Assembly: GCA_910579935.1 (NCBI GenBank)
Contig: CAJTVQ010000002.1
Span: 60,405-124,404 of the forward strand
Direction: 5' to 3'
Length of the DNA: 64,000 nucleotides
Source: an uncultured Lachnospiraceae bacterium
Lineage (GTDB): Bacteria; Bacillota; Clostridia; Lachnospirales; Lachnospiraceae
Of the stretch, positions 1 through 9,617 are shown piece after piece. Made by a program: the position numbers and the translations under genes. The number at the start of each line of letters is the position of its first letter. Positions within the stretch are counted from its first letter, which is position 1. The notes beneath the pieces were generated by a model. The model had not been told where the DNA came from. It saw only the letters and a program-made list of their open reading frames with translations, and ran no database searches.

Positions 1-123
1 TTATGCCCTTGACTTGACATATATAAAAGCGTGTCAACTAATGGAGCAGCTTTTTGTCGGCACTTTAATGAAAGAAAACAGACAGGGCGGCACTTGACAC
101 AATTAGAAGATATGTCAAAAGAA

Positions 124-145
124 AAATAGAACAAATGTTCTATTT
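124..145. promoter_or_regulatory. Candidate LexA (SOS) box
   Basis: AAATAGAAC-AAAT-GTTCTATTT palindrome containing the Firmicutes GAAC-N4-GTTC core (129-140). Confidence 0.55.
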
Positions 146-311
146 ACATGAGCCGGCAAAAGCCAGAGCCAGACGGCGAAAGATTGTAGGTACTTCTAGG
201 TGCAAAAACCGGGTTGCGGCACGGTGAAGTCCGAAATCTGGCTAGATTTTAATAAAAAAATTTGAAGGTTGCCGTTTCCGTTTGGGCGGCTGAAAAGGGG
301 GGGGTAACAGG

Positions 312-869
312 ATGGCAAAGCAGGAAACAGAATCAGCAAAGGTAACAGAAGTTGACAGCCTGACCGTTTCCGTGGGAACAATGGCAAATATGTTCAGTCT
401 GTCAGAGCGGCGGATACGCCAGATGGCAGAGGAAGGGATCATTGTCCGGGCAGCAAAGGGGCGGTATAAGCTGGTGGAATCTTTTAAAAATTATACGCTG
501 TCCCTGAAACTGGCGGCAGAGGGTGCGAACACGGACGATCCGGACGGGGAAATTAACATTGACGAGGAAAAGGCCCTGCATGAGAGGGTCAAGCGCCATA
601 TATCGGAGATGAAACTGCAGGTCATGAAAGGCGACCTGCATAAAGCCGAGGATGTGGAGCGGGTCATGATGGACATGCTGGCAGCGTTTAAAACGCGGCT
701 GATGAACATTCCGTCAAAGGTGGCGCCGGTATTGGAAAACCGGGACGCGGCATACATCAAAGACCGTCTGACAAAAGAGGTTTTGGAAGTCTTAAACGAA
801 TTGAAAGACTATAATCCGAAAGATTTTTATTCGGATGAATATGTTGAGGAGGAAGAAGATGCGGACTAA
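312..869 (+). CDS. Terminase small subunit (Nu1-like)
   Basis: N-terminal wHTH-like segment (LSERRIRQMAEEGII) and coiled coil; directly upstream of TerL. Confidence 0.85.
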   Translation: MAKQETESAKVTEVDSLTVSVGTMANMFSLSERRIRQMAEEGIIVRAAKGRYKLVESFKNYTLSLKLAAEGANTDDPDGEINIDEEKALHERVKRHISEMKLQVMKGDLHKAEDVERVMMDMLAAFKTRLMNIPSKVAPVLENRDAAYIKDRLTKEVLEVLNELKDYNPKDFYSDEYVEEEEDAD

Positions 870-885
870 AAAGATGCGGACTAAA
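856..885 (+). repeat. Perfect 15-bp tandem duplication AAGATGCGGACTAAA x2
   Basis: Read directly; each unit carries an ATG in the TerL frame and a TAA in the TerS frame. Confidence 0.95.
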
Positions 886-2814
886 AAAGTGACGGTCCAG
901 GAATCCCCCGTCCTTGCGCCGGATAGCGTGGTCATGGGGAAAAAGAAAAAAGGCGGGCCGGTTGAGTATAAAACGATGAAGCTGTTTGCAAATGTCGCAA
1001 AAGTCCTTTCCCCGCCGCCGGTGCTGACGGTCAGCGAATGGGCGGATCATTACCGGAGATTGTCCGCAGAAAGCGCAGCGGAGCCGGGGCAATGGAACAC
1101 AGACCGGGTGCCGTATCAGCGGGCCATAATGGACGCCGTAAACGATCCCATGTGCGAACATATTATTGTCATGAGTTCGGCACAAGTCGGAAAGACGGAA
1201 ATCCTATTGAATATTATCGGTTACTACATAGATTACGATCCGGCGCCGATCCTGGTCGTGCAGCCGACAGTAAAGCCTATGGCCGAAGATTTTTCAAAGG
1301 ACAGGCTGGCCACAATGATCCGTGATACGCCAGTCCTTTCCGGAAAGGTGCATGATGTAAAATCCAGGGCATCCGGAAACACAATCCTTCACAAAACATT
1401 TCCGGGCGGCCATGTGACGATAGGCGGGGCAAATTCGGCTTCTTCCCTTGCGTCAAGGCCGATCCGGATCGTGATCATGGATGAGGTTGACCGTTATCCG
1501 GCATCCGCTGGCACTGAAGGAAATCCGATCAAGCTGGCGGAGAAAAGGACAACGGCTTTTTGGAACCGGAAAAAAATCAAAGTTTCCACGCCTGGGATGA
1601 AAGCCACAAGCCAGATATACAAGGAATATCTTTCCGGAACAATGGAAGAATGGTGTGTGAAATGTCCGTGCTGCGGCAGATTCCAGCCGTATGAATGGCG
1701 CCGGATCCGTCTTTCTGACGTGACAATGCGGTGTATGCATTGTGACGAATACATACCTGAAATTGACTGGAAGCAGAGCGAACACAAATATATTGCAGAA
1801 CATCCGGAGCGGCACAGGCGCCGCTCCTTTCATTTGAACGAGCTGGCTTCCCCGTGGGTACACTGGCAGGATATTGTTTATGAGTGGCGCGACGCCAACA
1901 AAGATAGAAAGAATTACGGCGATACAAAGAAATTGCAGACATTCATCAATACCGTGCTGGGGGAGCCGTGGGAAGAACGCGGCAAGGGTGCGGATGATGA
2001 TTCCCTTCTTGCCCGCCGTGAAAGATACATGGCCGAAATACCGGACGGCGTTCTGTTACTGACTGCATCCGTGGACGTGCAGGATGACCGTTTTGAGGTT
2101 GAGATCGTGGGCTGGGGCCACGGGTATGAATCATGGGGAATCAAGATTGAAAAACTCTATGGAAATCTTGAACTTGATGAAACATGGGATAACTTGGAAG
2201 CATACCTGGACCGGGAACTTTTCTTTTCATCCGGTGCGGGTCTTTTGATTGCGGCTACCTGCATAGACACGGGCGGCCACTATACAACAAAGTGTTATCA
2301 GTTTTTAAAGAAAATGGAGAAAAAGGGAAAAATGATTTTTGGCATAAAGGGCATGAGCCGGGATAAAGCCGGGGAAGGGATCCCTTTACTCCATATGGTA
2401 TCTACAAACAATCAATACAAAGTAAAGGTTTTCATCCTGGGCGTGGATTCCGGGAAAGAAATTGTTGTGACCAGGCTTGCCGCAGTGGATGAAGGGCCGG
2501 GCTATTGCCATTTTCCCATAAACAAGGAACTTGGCTATGATGAAACCTACATAAAAGGCCTTAACAGTGAACAGAGGGTCACAGAGGTAAAGGACGGACG
2601 GGCTGTCATTAAGTGGAAAAAGAAATCCGGAACCAGAAATGAACCGCTGGATCTGCGTGTTTACAACACGGCAGCAGTTGAAATCCTGCGTCCGGATTTT
2701 GACATTCTGGAAAAGAAAGTGAAAGCCGGAATTAACTACATGAAAAAACGGCCGGCATCCGCAGCAAAGAAAAAGAGGAAAACAGGGGCCGTGAACCGTG
2801 GGATCCGGTTATAG
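859..2814 (+). CDS. Terminase large subunit, lambda gpA family
   Basis: Walker A SSAQVGKTE, Walker B IVIMDEVDRY, VSTP, CPCC, DVQDDR, NEPLDLRVY; start 859 or 874. Confidence 0.95.
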   Translation: MRTKKMRTKKVTVQESPVLAPDSVVMGKKKKGGPVEYKTMKLFANVAKVLSPPPVLTVSEWADHYRRLSAESAAEPGQWNTDRVPYQRAIMDAVNDPMCEHIIVMSSAQVGKTEILLNIIGYYIDYDPAPILVVQPTVKPMAEDFSKDRLATMIRDTPVLSGKVHDVKSRASGNTILHKTFPGGHVTIGGANSASSLASRPIRIVIMDEVDRYPASAGTEGNPIKLAEKRTTAFWNRKKIKVSTPGMKATSQIYKEYLSGTMEEWCVKCPCCGRFQPYEWRRIRLSDVTMRCMHCDEYIPEIDWKQSEHKYIAEHPERHRRRSFHLNELASPWVHWQDIVYEWRDANKDRKNYGDTKKLQTFINTVLGEPWEERGKGADDDSLLARRERYMAEIPDGVLLLTASVDVQDDRFEVEIVGWGHGYESWGIKIEKLYGNLELDETWDNLEAYLDRELFFSSGAGLLIAATCIDTGGHYTTKCYQFLKKMEKKGKMIFGIKGMSRDKAGEGIPLLHMVSTNNQYKVKVFILGVDSGKEIVVTRLAAVDEGPGYCHFPINKELGYDETYIKGLNSEQRVTEVKDGRAVIKWKKKSGTRNEPLDLRVYNTAAVEILRPDFDILEKKVKAGINYMKKRPASAAKKKRKTGAVNRGIRL

Positions 2815-2826
2815 GGGGATAAAATC

Positions 2827-3063
2827 ATGAATGAATTAAGAAAAAAGCGGCTGGAACGCTATAAAAAGCGGCTGGAAATGTATTATGAGGCCGAAGAAGC
2901 CGTCCTTTTGAACCAGGAATACACAATAGGCACAAAGAGCCTGAAAAGGGCTGATTTGTCTACAATAAGGGCGGCGATCAGGGATTTGGAAAAACAGGTG
3001 GAGTCCCTGGAAGTGGCCGGCGGTAAAAATAAGGCCGGCAGGTTCATCCCGCGGGATTTATAG
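2827..3063 (+). CDS. Head-to-tail joining protein (gpW-like)
   Basis: 78 aa between TerL and portal; QEYTIGTKSLKRADL motif. Confidence 0.8.
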   Translation: MNELRKKRLERYKKRLEMYYEAEEAVLLNQEYTIGTKSLKRADLSTIRAAIRDLEKQVESLEVAGGKNKAGRFIPRDL

Positions 3064-3073
3064 GGGGTGCCGC

Positions 3074-4762
3074 ATGAATTTTTTTGACAAAATCGTTGAA
3101 GTGGTAAATCCGGCCGCCGCAGTGCGGCGGGAACATGACCGCTTCAAGCTGCAAACAATACGGTCAATCCGAAATTCCGGCTATGATGAATCCGGAGCGG
3201 CCAGAAATAAAAACTCCATGCGCGGATGGCTGGCATCCAGCAAGACGCCGCAAGAGGACATAGACAAAAATATCCCCATATTGCGGCAGCGGAGCCGAAG
3301 CCTTTATATGTCCGCGCCGCTTGCGGTGTCTGCAATCAAAACGAACCGGACAAACATCATAGGGGAAGGGCTGAAATTAAAAAGTACGATTGACGCGGAA
3401 TTTTTAGGGCTTACGCCGGATCATGCCACGGAATGGCAGCAGACGGCGGAAAGGGAGTTCAAATTCTGGGCGGGGTCAAAGTTTTGTGATTCTACCAGGG
3501 TAAATAATTTTTATGAGATCCAGCAGGTGGCCTGTATGTCCTGGCTGATGAACGGGGACGCCTGCATCCTTTTGGAGTATGAGAAGCCTTCAAGGGCGTT
3601 CCCCTATGGGCTGCGCGTCCACTTAATAGAATCGGACAGAGTTTCCACGCCGCACACGACGGGAAGCAACGTTTATTTATACGCGACGAATCCGGACAAT
3701 GGCAACCGGATTTTTAACGGTGTGGAAGTGGATAAAAACAACCGGGTTGTTGCTTACCATGTCTGCAATACATACCCAAACAGTAACCTTTACGCAAAAA
3801 AGGAATGGAAAAGGGTCAAGGCTTTCGGGGATCGCACCGGTGCGCCCGGCGTGCTGATGATTTTTGAAACGGAACGCGCAGAGCAGTACAGGGGGGTCCC
3901 GTATCTGGCGCCGGTCATTGAATCGCTGAAACAGCTTACACGATATAGCGAAGCGGAAATGATGGCGGCCGTTATCAATGGGATTTTTACGGTTTTTGTA
4001 ACGTCTGAAAGTGGAACGTCGGAGTTAGGTTTTACTGGCGTTGTGGATGAAGAAGACCGTGTTTCGGATGATAATATAAATTATGAGGTCGGCCCCGGAC
4101 TTGTAAATGTGCTGAATACTGGGGAAAAAATAGAGATTGCGGACGCAAAGCGCCCTTCCTCTAATTTTGACGCTTTTGTAACATCCCTTGCAAAATATGT
4201 AGGGGCGGCGCTTGAAATCCCCATGGAAGTGCTTATGAAAAGTTTCATGTCCAGTTATTCAGCTTCCAGGGCGGCGCTTTTGGAAGCATGGAAAGCATTC
4301 CGCATGAAGCGGGCATGGATAGCGGCGGACTTTTGCCAGCCGGTGTATGAGCTTTTCCTTTCTGAAGCAATCGCAACGGGGCGGCTTCATGCGCCCGGGT
4401 TCTTTTTGGATCCCATGATCCGCGCGGCATATTGCGGCGCACAGTGGAACGGGCCGGCGCAAGGAATGGTTGATCCGGTCAAAGAGGTATCAGCCGCAGA
4501 AAAACGGATACAGATCGGCATTTCCACAAGGCAGAGGGAAACCACGGAACTTCTTGGCGGGGATTTTGAAAGCAACGTGGCGCAGCTTGCCAGGGAAAAC
4601 CAGATCATGCAGGCCGCCGGCCTATCATCCGGAAAGGCATCTTCCGGCGGTGCGGACGCCGGAAAAGAAAATCTGAAAGAAAGCGAGGAAGAAACAGATG
4701 GAGAGGAAACCGAAAATAACGGCGACGCCGCCGGCGAGGGTGGCGCTGAATCCGAAGAATAA
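3074..4762 (+). CDS. Portal protein, lambda family
   Basis: LRQRSRSL, QYRGVPYLAPVI, SYSASRAALLE, VDPVKEV motifs. Confidence 0.95.
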   Translation: MNFFDKIVEVVNPAAAVRREHDRFKLQTIRSIRNSGYDESGAARNKNSMRGWLASSKTPQEDIDKNIPILRQRSRSLYMSAPLAVSAIKTNRTNIIGEGLKLKSTIDAEFLGLTPDHATEWQQTAEREFKFWAGSKFCDSTRVNNFYEIQQVACMSWLMNGDACILLEYEKPSRAFPYGLRVHLIESDRVSTPHTTGSNVYLYATNPDNGNRIFNGVEVDKNNRVVAYHVCNTYPNSNLYAKKEWKRVKAFGDRTGAPGVLMIFETERAEQYRGVPYLAPVIESLKQLTRYSEAEMMAAVINGIFTVFVTSESGTSELGFTGVVDEEDRVSDDNINYEVGPGLVNVLNTGEKIEIADAKRPSSNFDAFVTSLAKYVGAALEIPMEVLMKSFMSSYSASRAALLEAWKAFRMKRAWIAADFCQPVYELFLSEAIATGRLHAPGFFLDPMIRAAYCGAQWNGPAQGMVDPVKEVSAAEKRIQIGISTRQRETTELLGGDFESNVAQLARENQIMQAAGLSSGKASSGGADAGKENLKESEEETDGEETENNGDAAGEGGAESEE

Positions 4763-5909
4763 CAAGTTCTGGAATTTTGTTGACAATGGGGATTCTGCAG
4801 AATTACAGCTTTTCGGCACGATTGAGAGTGAAGAAAGCTGGTGGGACGATGATTGTATCACATACCGGAACTTTATTGACGAGCTGAACGGGCTTGGAAA
4901 CAAAAAGACAATCAATGTGGCCATTAACAGCGTGGGCGGGGATGTATTTGCCGCTAATGCCATATATACGGCGCTGAAAATGAACGCCGCCACAGTTACG
5001 GGAACCATAATGGGGATATGCGCCAGCGCGGCGACGATCGTACTTATGGCGTGCGATAAACGCAGGATTGCCAAAAATGCGATCCTCATGGCCCATAATC
5101 CTTCCGTGAGCCTATGGGGTTCCTACCAGGCGGACGATCTGATCAGGCTGGCAGAGGTCACGAACACGGTCAAAAAATCCATTGTCGCGGCCTATATGGA
5201 GCGCCTGGACAAGACAGAGGACGAAATCGGGGAACTTATGGATGCGGAAAGCTGGTATGTCGGGCAGGAAGCCATAGACGCCGGATTTTGCGACGGGCTG
5301 ATTGAGGATGATTTTTCAAACAGTGCATTTTCTAATTGTTTCAAGGTGGATGGAGTTTCCTACACTTACGGAAAGTATATGGAAAACTTTGTTCCGGATG
5401 AAATACGGAAAAAGGTCCAGGCACTTTCTAAAACGCCGCGGAAGGGAGCCGGGGATTTTTCAAATAAACCAATTTCACAGAAAGGAAGTAAAAAGATGGA
5501 AGAAAACATGGTAACGCCGGAAATCAAAGACGCTGCAGGGCTGAAAGCGGCATATCCGGAAATGTGTGCCCAAATTGCGGCGGAAGCCGTAAAGAATGAG
5601 CGGGAAAGGCTGAAGGCCATTGACGAGATGGCGCAGGGAATCCCGGCTGACGTTCTGGAAAAGGCAAAATACACGGAGCCGGTCCCGGCCGCCGATCTTG
5701 CGCTGGCACAGATGAAAGCCAACAACAGGGCCGGCCAGAAATTCATGGACGATCTGGAAAAGGATCTGGAAACATCCGGAGCGGCAGCAGTCGGCGGGGA
5801 TCCCAATTCCGGCTATGATCCGGAAGGAGAACAGCGGGCGCAGAGCGCCGAAAAAGTGAGCGGGTTTGCCGCAATGCTTAAAAAAGACAAGAGAAGGGAG
5901 AAGAAATAA
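4698..5909 (+). CDS. Head maturation protease (ClpP-like) with scaffold-like C-terminus
   Basis: INSVGGDVF, CASAAT, LMAHNP, ESWYVGQEAIDAGFCD. Confidence 0.92.
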   Translation: MERKPKITATPPARVALNPKNNKFWNFVDNGDSAELQLFGTIESEESWWDDDCITYRNFIDELNGLGNKKTINVAINSVGGDVFAANAIYTALKMNAATVTGTIMGICASAATIVLMACDKRRIAKNAILMAHNPSVSLWGSYQADDLIRLAEVTNTVKKSIVAAYMERLDKTEDEIGELMDAESWYVGQEAIDAGFCDGLIEDDFSNSAFSNCFKVDGVSYTYGKYMENFVPDEIRKKVQALSKTPRKGAGDFSNKPISQKGSKKMEENMVTPEIKDAAGLKAAYPEMCAQIAAEAVKNERERLKAIDEMAQGIPADVLEKAKYTEPVPAADLALAQMKANNRAGQKFMDDLEKDLETSGAAAVGGDPNSGYDPEGEQRAQSAEKVSGFAAMLKKDKRREKK

Positions 5910-6334
5910 TGAATATGTTTGCAAAAACAGGGGAATTTAAGCCGGATTCGCTCATTGTATCACCGGATTTTCCCATTCTGAAAGAGGGGATCGGCCTGAA
6001 AGCCGGGTACGGCGTGTTAAAACGCGGATCCCTTATCATGAAAGGTTCCGACAAGGCTGGATATATCGCCGGAACCACGGTTGAGATTAAAAAAGGGGAA
6101 GGCGAGAGTGCCACAACTTCCAACATGGAAATGAAAATTTTCGGAATCCTTGCGGATGATACCGATACGGGAACCGACAAGACGGCGGACAATGTGCCGG
6201 CCGTTGCATATCAGAGCGGGGAGTTCAACCGGGAGGCCGTGATTGTTTCCGGAGAGGATGCAACTATTAATACTTACGAGGACGATTTAAAGGGGATCAA
6301 TATCTACCTTCGCAGCGTCCAGAATTACGAGTAA
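5909..6334 (+). CDS. Head decoration protein
   Basis: Between protease and capsid; GVLKRGS, GILADD, GEFN motifs. Confidence 0.75.
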   Translation: MNMFAKTGEFKPDSLIVSPDFPILKEGIGLKAGYGVLKRGSLIMKGSDKAGYIAGTTVEIKKGEGESATTSNMEMKIFGILADDTDTGTDKTADNVPAVAYQSGEFNREAVIVSGEDATINTYEDDLKGINIYLRSVQNYE

Positions 6335-6346
6335 GGGGGGCTTAAA

Positions 6347-7390
6347 ATGGCAGAGTATACCACGATTGAAATGATACAGGCGATTGACCAGACACCGCCG
6401 GTTCGGAGCTTTCTGCAAAAGACTTTATTTCCGGGTGATGAAACGCACGTTACGGAAAAGGTTGAGTTTGACGTAAGAAAAGGAAAGCGCATTATGGCGC
6501 CTTTCGTTTCCCCGCGCAAGGGCGGCAAAGTGATCACGCGCCAGGGATTCCAGACGAATCAGTTCACAACGCCGAAAATCGCGCCGGAAAGGGTTCTGAC
6601 CGTTGACGACATAACAAAAAGGACGCTGGGGGAAAATGTCTACTCACAGAGGACACCGGCCGAACGCGAGGATGAGCTTTTGGCGAAAGATTTTACAGAC
6701 CTTGAAGAATCCATTGACAGAAGAAAAGAATGGATGTGCCGCCAGGTAATCTATGAAGGGAAACTGGATGTGATTGACGAGGATGAAGGCGTTGACGTGC
6801 AGGTTGATTTTGGTTTCACAAATATTTATGTGCTGGGGGCTGATGAAGTCTGGTCGCTGGCAACCGTGGATCCGTTGAAAACGCTTCGGCCGATCAGAAA
6901 GAAAATCATCAAAGACACAGGCAGAGCGCCGGACATGATGCTTTTTTCGTCTGACGCAATAGAGGATTTCATGGACAATCCTTTCATCATCAAGGCAATG
7001 GATGTTCTGAAAATGAAAAATGTTGTGATTGAGCCGCGTGTCGTGGATCCGGCGCTGACTTTTTACGGCAGGATCGCAGAACTTGACATGGATATTTATA
7101 CCTATGACGAGTGGTTTTTGAATGACGACGGAGAGGAAGAAGCACTTATCCCGCCCGGAACCGTGCTGATGTGCCATTCCACGGGCGAAGGCCAGATCGA
7201 ATATGGACTTGTCACGCAGATGGAAGATAAAAAATTCCAGTCATATGAAGGGCGCCTGGTTCCCAAAGTGTGGGCGGATGAAAAAGACGAGGTTAAAAAG
7301 GTACGGCTGACATCCAGACCGCTTCCGCGTCCGTTTGATGTGGGAAGCTGGGCGGTTATCTATGTAAACAGGAGCGCAGCGGCAGGCTGA
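6347..7390 (+). CDS. Major capsid protein, lambda gpE family
   Basis: FDVRKGKRIMAPFVSP, RRKEWMCRQ, SRPLPRP; 347 aa. Confidence 0.93.
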   Translation: MAEYTTIEMIQAIDQTPPVRSFLQKTLFPGDETHVTEKVEFDVRKGKRIMAPFVSPRKGGKVITRQGFQTNQFTTPKIAPERVLTVDDITKRTLGENVYSQRTPAEREDELLAKDFTDLEESIDRRKEWMCRQVIYEGKLDVIDEDEGVDVQVDFGFTNIYVLGADEVWSLATVDPLKTLRPIRKKIIKDTGRAPDMMLFSSDAIEDFMDNPFIIKAMDVLKMKNVVIEPRVVDPALTFYGRIAELDMDIYTYDEWFLNDDGEEEALIPPGTVLMCHSTGEGQIEYGLVTQMEDKKFQSYEGRLVPKVWADEKDEVKKVRLTSRPLPRPFDVGSWAVIYVNRSAAAG

Positions 7391-7408
7391 GAAAAGGGGG
7401 AAATAAAA

Positions 7409-7846
7409 ATGCGATACAAAACAAAAGTAACAGTCACCACGCAGGGAAAAGTTTTCAAGCCGGGCTCCATCCTTCCGGATGACCTTTCAAAGTCTGACCT
7501 GGCATTTCTGAAATCAAAGAAGTTCGTTGAACCGGCAGATGTACCGGCCGCCGCTTACGAGGAACAGGAGGAAGAACCGGAGGATGAACAGGAGCAGGAA
7601 AACAGTGGTTTTGACGGTTTTAACGTAACGGAGCCGGACGGGATGAAAAATACGGATGAAATCCGGAAAATCCGGTCAAAGAAAGATGTTGCTGCATACG
7701 CAAAAAAAATCGGGCTTGACCTGGGGGAAAATTATGAGGAAAAGAGCCTGAAAGACCTTCAGGCCATGGTCATTGATTTCCAGGAAGAGCAGATGGAAGG
7801 CGGCGCTGATACTGAAGAGGGAGTGATGTTTCATGAGGTCATTTAA
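7409..7846 (+). CDS. Acidic phage protein (possible gpFI-like packaging chaperone)
   Basis: RBS; directly after capsid gene; function inferred from position only. Confidence 0.55.
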   Translation: MRYKTKVTVTTQGKVFKPGSILPDDLSKSDLAFLKSKKFVEPADVPAAAYEEQEEEPEDEQEQENSGFDGFNVTEPDGMKNTDEIRKIRSKKDVAAYAKKIGLDLGENYEEKSLKDLQAMVIDFQEEQMEGGADTEEGVMFHEVI

Positions 7847-8159
7847 AGAACTTCTGGTACAGGACGTAAAAGCGGCATTCCTTAACCCGATGGAATTTGG
7901 GGAGGAACACACAGTCGACGGAACCTCCATGCTGATTATCATTGATGAAAACGAACTGGTACAGCGGGAAAAGAAATATAAAACAATGACGGAGGGGCTG
8001 CATACAAAGCAGCTCCTTATCTATGTTTCCGCAGGGGAAGTCGGTGAACCGCCGCTTATCGGCAGACTGCTGGAACTGGACGGGGAATATTATGTGGTAA
8101 CGGATGTGGCGGACGAGGGTGGAATATATTCCATAAGTCTGGAGGCGAATGAATCATGA
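7833..8159 (+). CDS. Head-tail adaptor/closure protein
   Basis: FLNPMEFGEEHTVDG motif, size and synteny. Confidence 0.7.
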   Translation: MRSFKELLVQDVKAAFLNPMEFGEEHTVDGTSMLIIIDENELVQREKKYKTMTEGLHTKQLLIYVSAGEVGEPPLIGRLLELDGEYYVVTDVADEGGIYSISLEANES

Positions 8160-8824
8160 TTGTATATGTTCCGCAGGATGTCTATGACAGGCTTTATACA
8201 CGCCTGAAGGATATGCCGGAGAAAATACCGGACACACTAAAAAAAACAATTAATAATGCAGCAAAGGAAGCAGAAAAAAGTTTACCAAAGGAAGTAAAAA
8301 AAGAATATGTCCTGAAAGACGCGATAAACAGGGTTAAGGAATCAACGTCAGTGGAAAAGGCAACAGCAAGGCGTCCCGGGGCCACTATTGAGATAAAAGG
8401 TGGGCCGGTTCCGTTATATGATTTCCAAAGAAGAAAAAACGGCGCAAGGACCGCGGCAAAGGCCCGCGTACTAACTGTAAGTTCTATGAAGCAGTTAATA
8501 TTAAGGGGAGGGGACGATAACGGAAAAGATTTAAAGGCGTTTATACAAGAAATGAAAAATGGACATATGGGGATTTTCCGAAGGTTAAATAGTGAGGAAA
8601 GAAAAAAGCAGCAAAAATATTTCGATGGAAGGGATTACAGAAAATCGGGGTATGAAAAGGGAGAAAGAGAAGTAAAAAGAAATGCAATAAAACAGCTGTA
8701 CAGCGTATCAATGCCGCAAATGGCAGAAAATAAAGAGGTTTCTAAAGAAGTAAGGGATATTATCATGGAGGAACTGCGCAACAGTATGGAAAAGCATATT
8801 GCATCAGTCATGGAGGGATTGTGA
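8156..8824 (+). CDS. Tail completion/minor tail protein (gpZ-like)
   Basis: Basic protein with AFIQEMKNGHMGIF and IKQLYSVSMPQM; synteny. Confidence 0.7.
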   Translation: MIVYVPQDVYDRLYTRLKDMPEKIPDTLKKTINNAAKEAEKSLPKEVKKEYVLKDAINRVKESTSVEKATARRPGATIEIKGGPVPLYDFQRRKNGARTAAKARVLTVSSMKQLILRGGDDNGKDLKAFIQEMKNGHMGIFRRLNSEERKKQQKYFDGRDYRKSGYEKGEREVKRNAIKQLYSVSMPQMAENKEVSKEVRDIIMEELRNSMEKHIASVMEGL

Positions 8825-9294
8825 TGGTGCCAGTAATATTTGCAGAGGAATTGGCAGACGAATTGGGAATCATACTTTCCCATATGCAGCTTCCAAATCC
8901 ATCAGGCGGACGGACAAACATAAATATTTTCCAGTTTGGCCTGCCAATAGAAAAAACAAAAGAAGAAAGTAAGAAAAAGTTTCCATATGTGCTTATTACC
9001 CTGCAGGAAGGAAATATTACGGGAGAAAGATCAGACCCGCAGAAGGTACATATATATCTCCTGATAGGAGTGTATGATGACGGCACGGATAATCAGGGGA
9101 AAAAGCATGTACTCAACATAATCAATGATATATGTGAGCGGTTCCTGAAGGATCCTGTGCTAAAAGGAAGATACTATGCAGATAAAGAAATAAAGTGGGT
9201 AGTAGACGATGATGAAGAATACCCATACCACTACGGCGCGGTATGGATGACATTCAATATTCCAACATTCAGAAGGGAGAACAGATACGCATGA
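8821..9294 (+). CDS. Tail terminator-like protein
   Basis: FPYVLI motif; position before sheath. Confidence 0.6.
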   Translation: MMVPVIFAEELADELGIILSHMQLPNPSGGRTNINIFQFGLPIEKTKEESKKKFPYVLITLQEGNITGERSDPQKVHIYLLIGVYDDGTDNQGKKHVLNIINDICERFLKDPVLKGRYYADKEIKWVVDDDEEYPYHYGAVWMTFNIPTFRRENRYA

Positions 9295-9605
9295 GTGAAG
9301 AAAAGAAAGAAGATGGAATTGTACAGAAAGAAACAAAAAGAAAAGCAGCAAGGCAGGAGACCGGAAGAACGGAGACCGGAAGAACGGAAACCGTCATGTA
9401 TATCGGACCGACCATCAAAAATGTGGCAGTAACAGGAACCCTGTACAACAATGGGCTGCCGGAATCCTTAAAGAAGGAAGCAGAGAAACAGCAGGCAATC
9501 AGTAATCTGATCGTGCCGGTAGGAGAACTGGCAGCAGCACAGAGGGAACTTGCCATTCCGGGCAGTGCACTGGCGGTCATTTATGGAAAAGTCGTTACGG
9601 GATAG
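9291..9605 (+). CDS. Hypothetical phage protein
   Basis: MYIGPT motif seen in small pre-sheath genes; 15-bp tandem repeat encoding ETGRT x2. Confidence 0.65.
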   Translation: MSEEKKEDGIVQKETKRKAARQETGRTETGRTETVMYIGPTIKNVAVTGTLYNNGLPESLKKEAEKQQAISNLIVPVGELAAAQRELAIPGSALAVIYGKVVTG

Positions 9606-9617
9606 GAGGATTATGAG

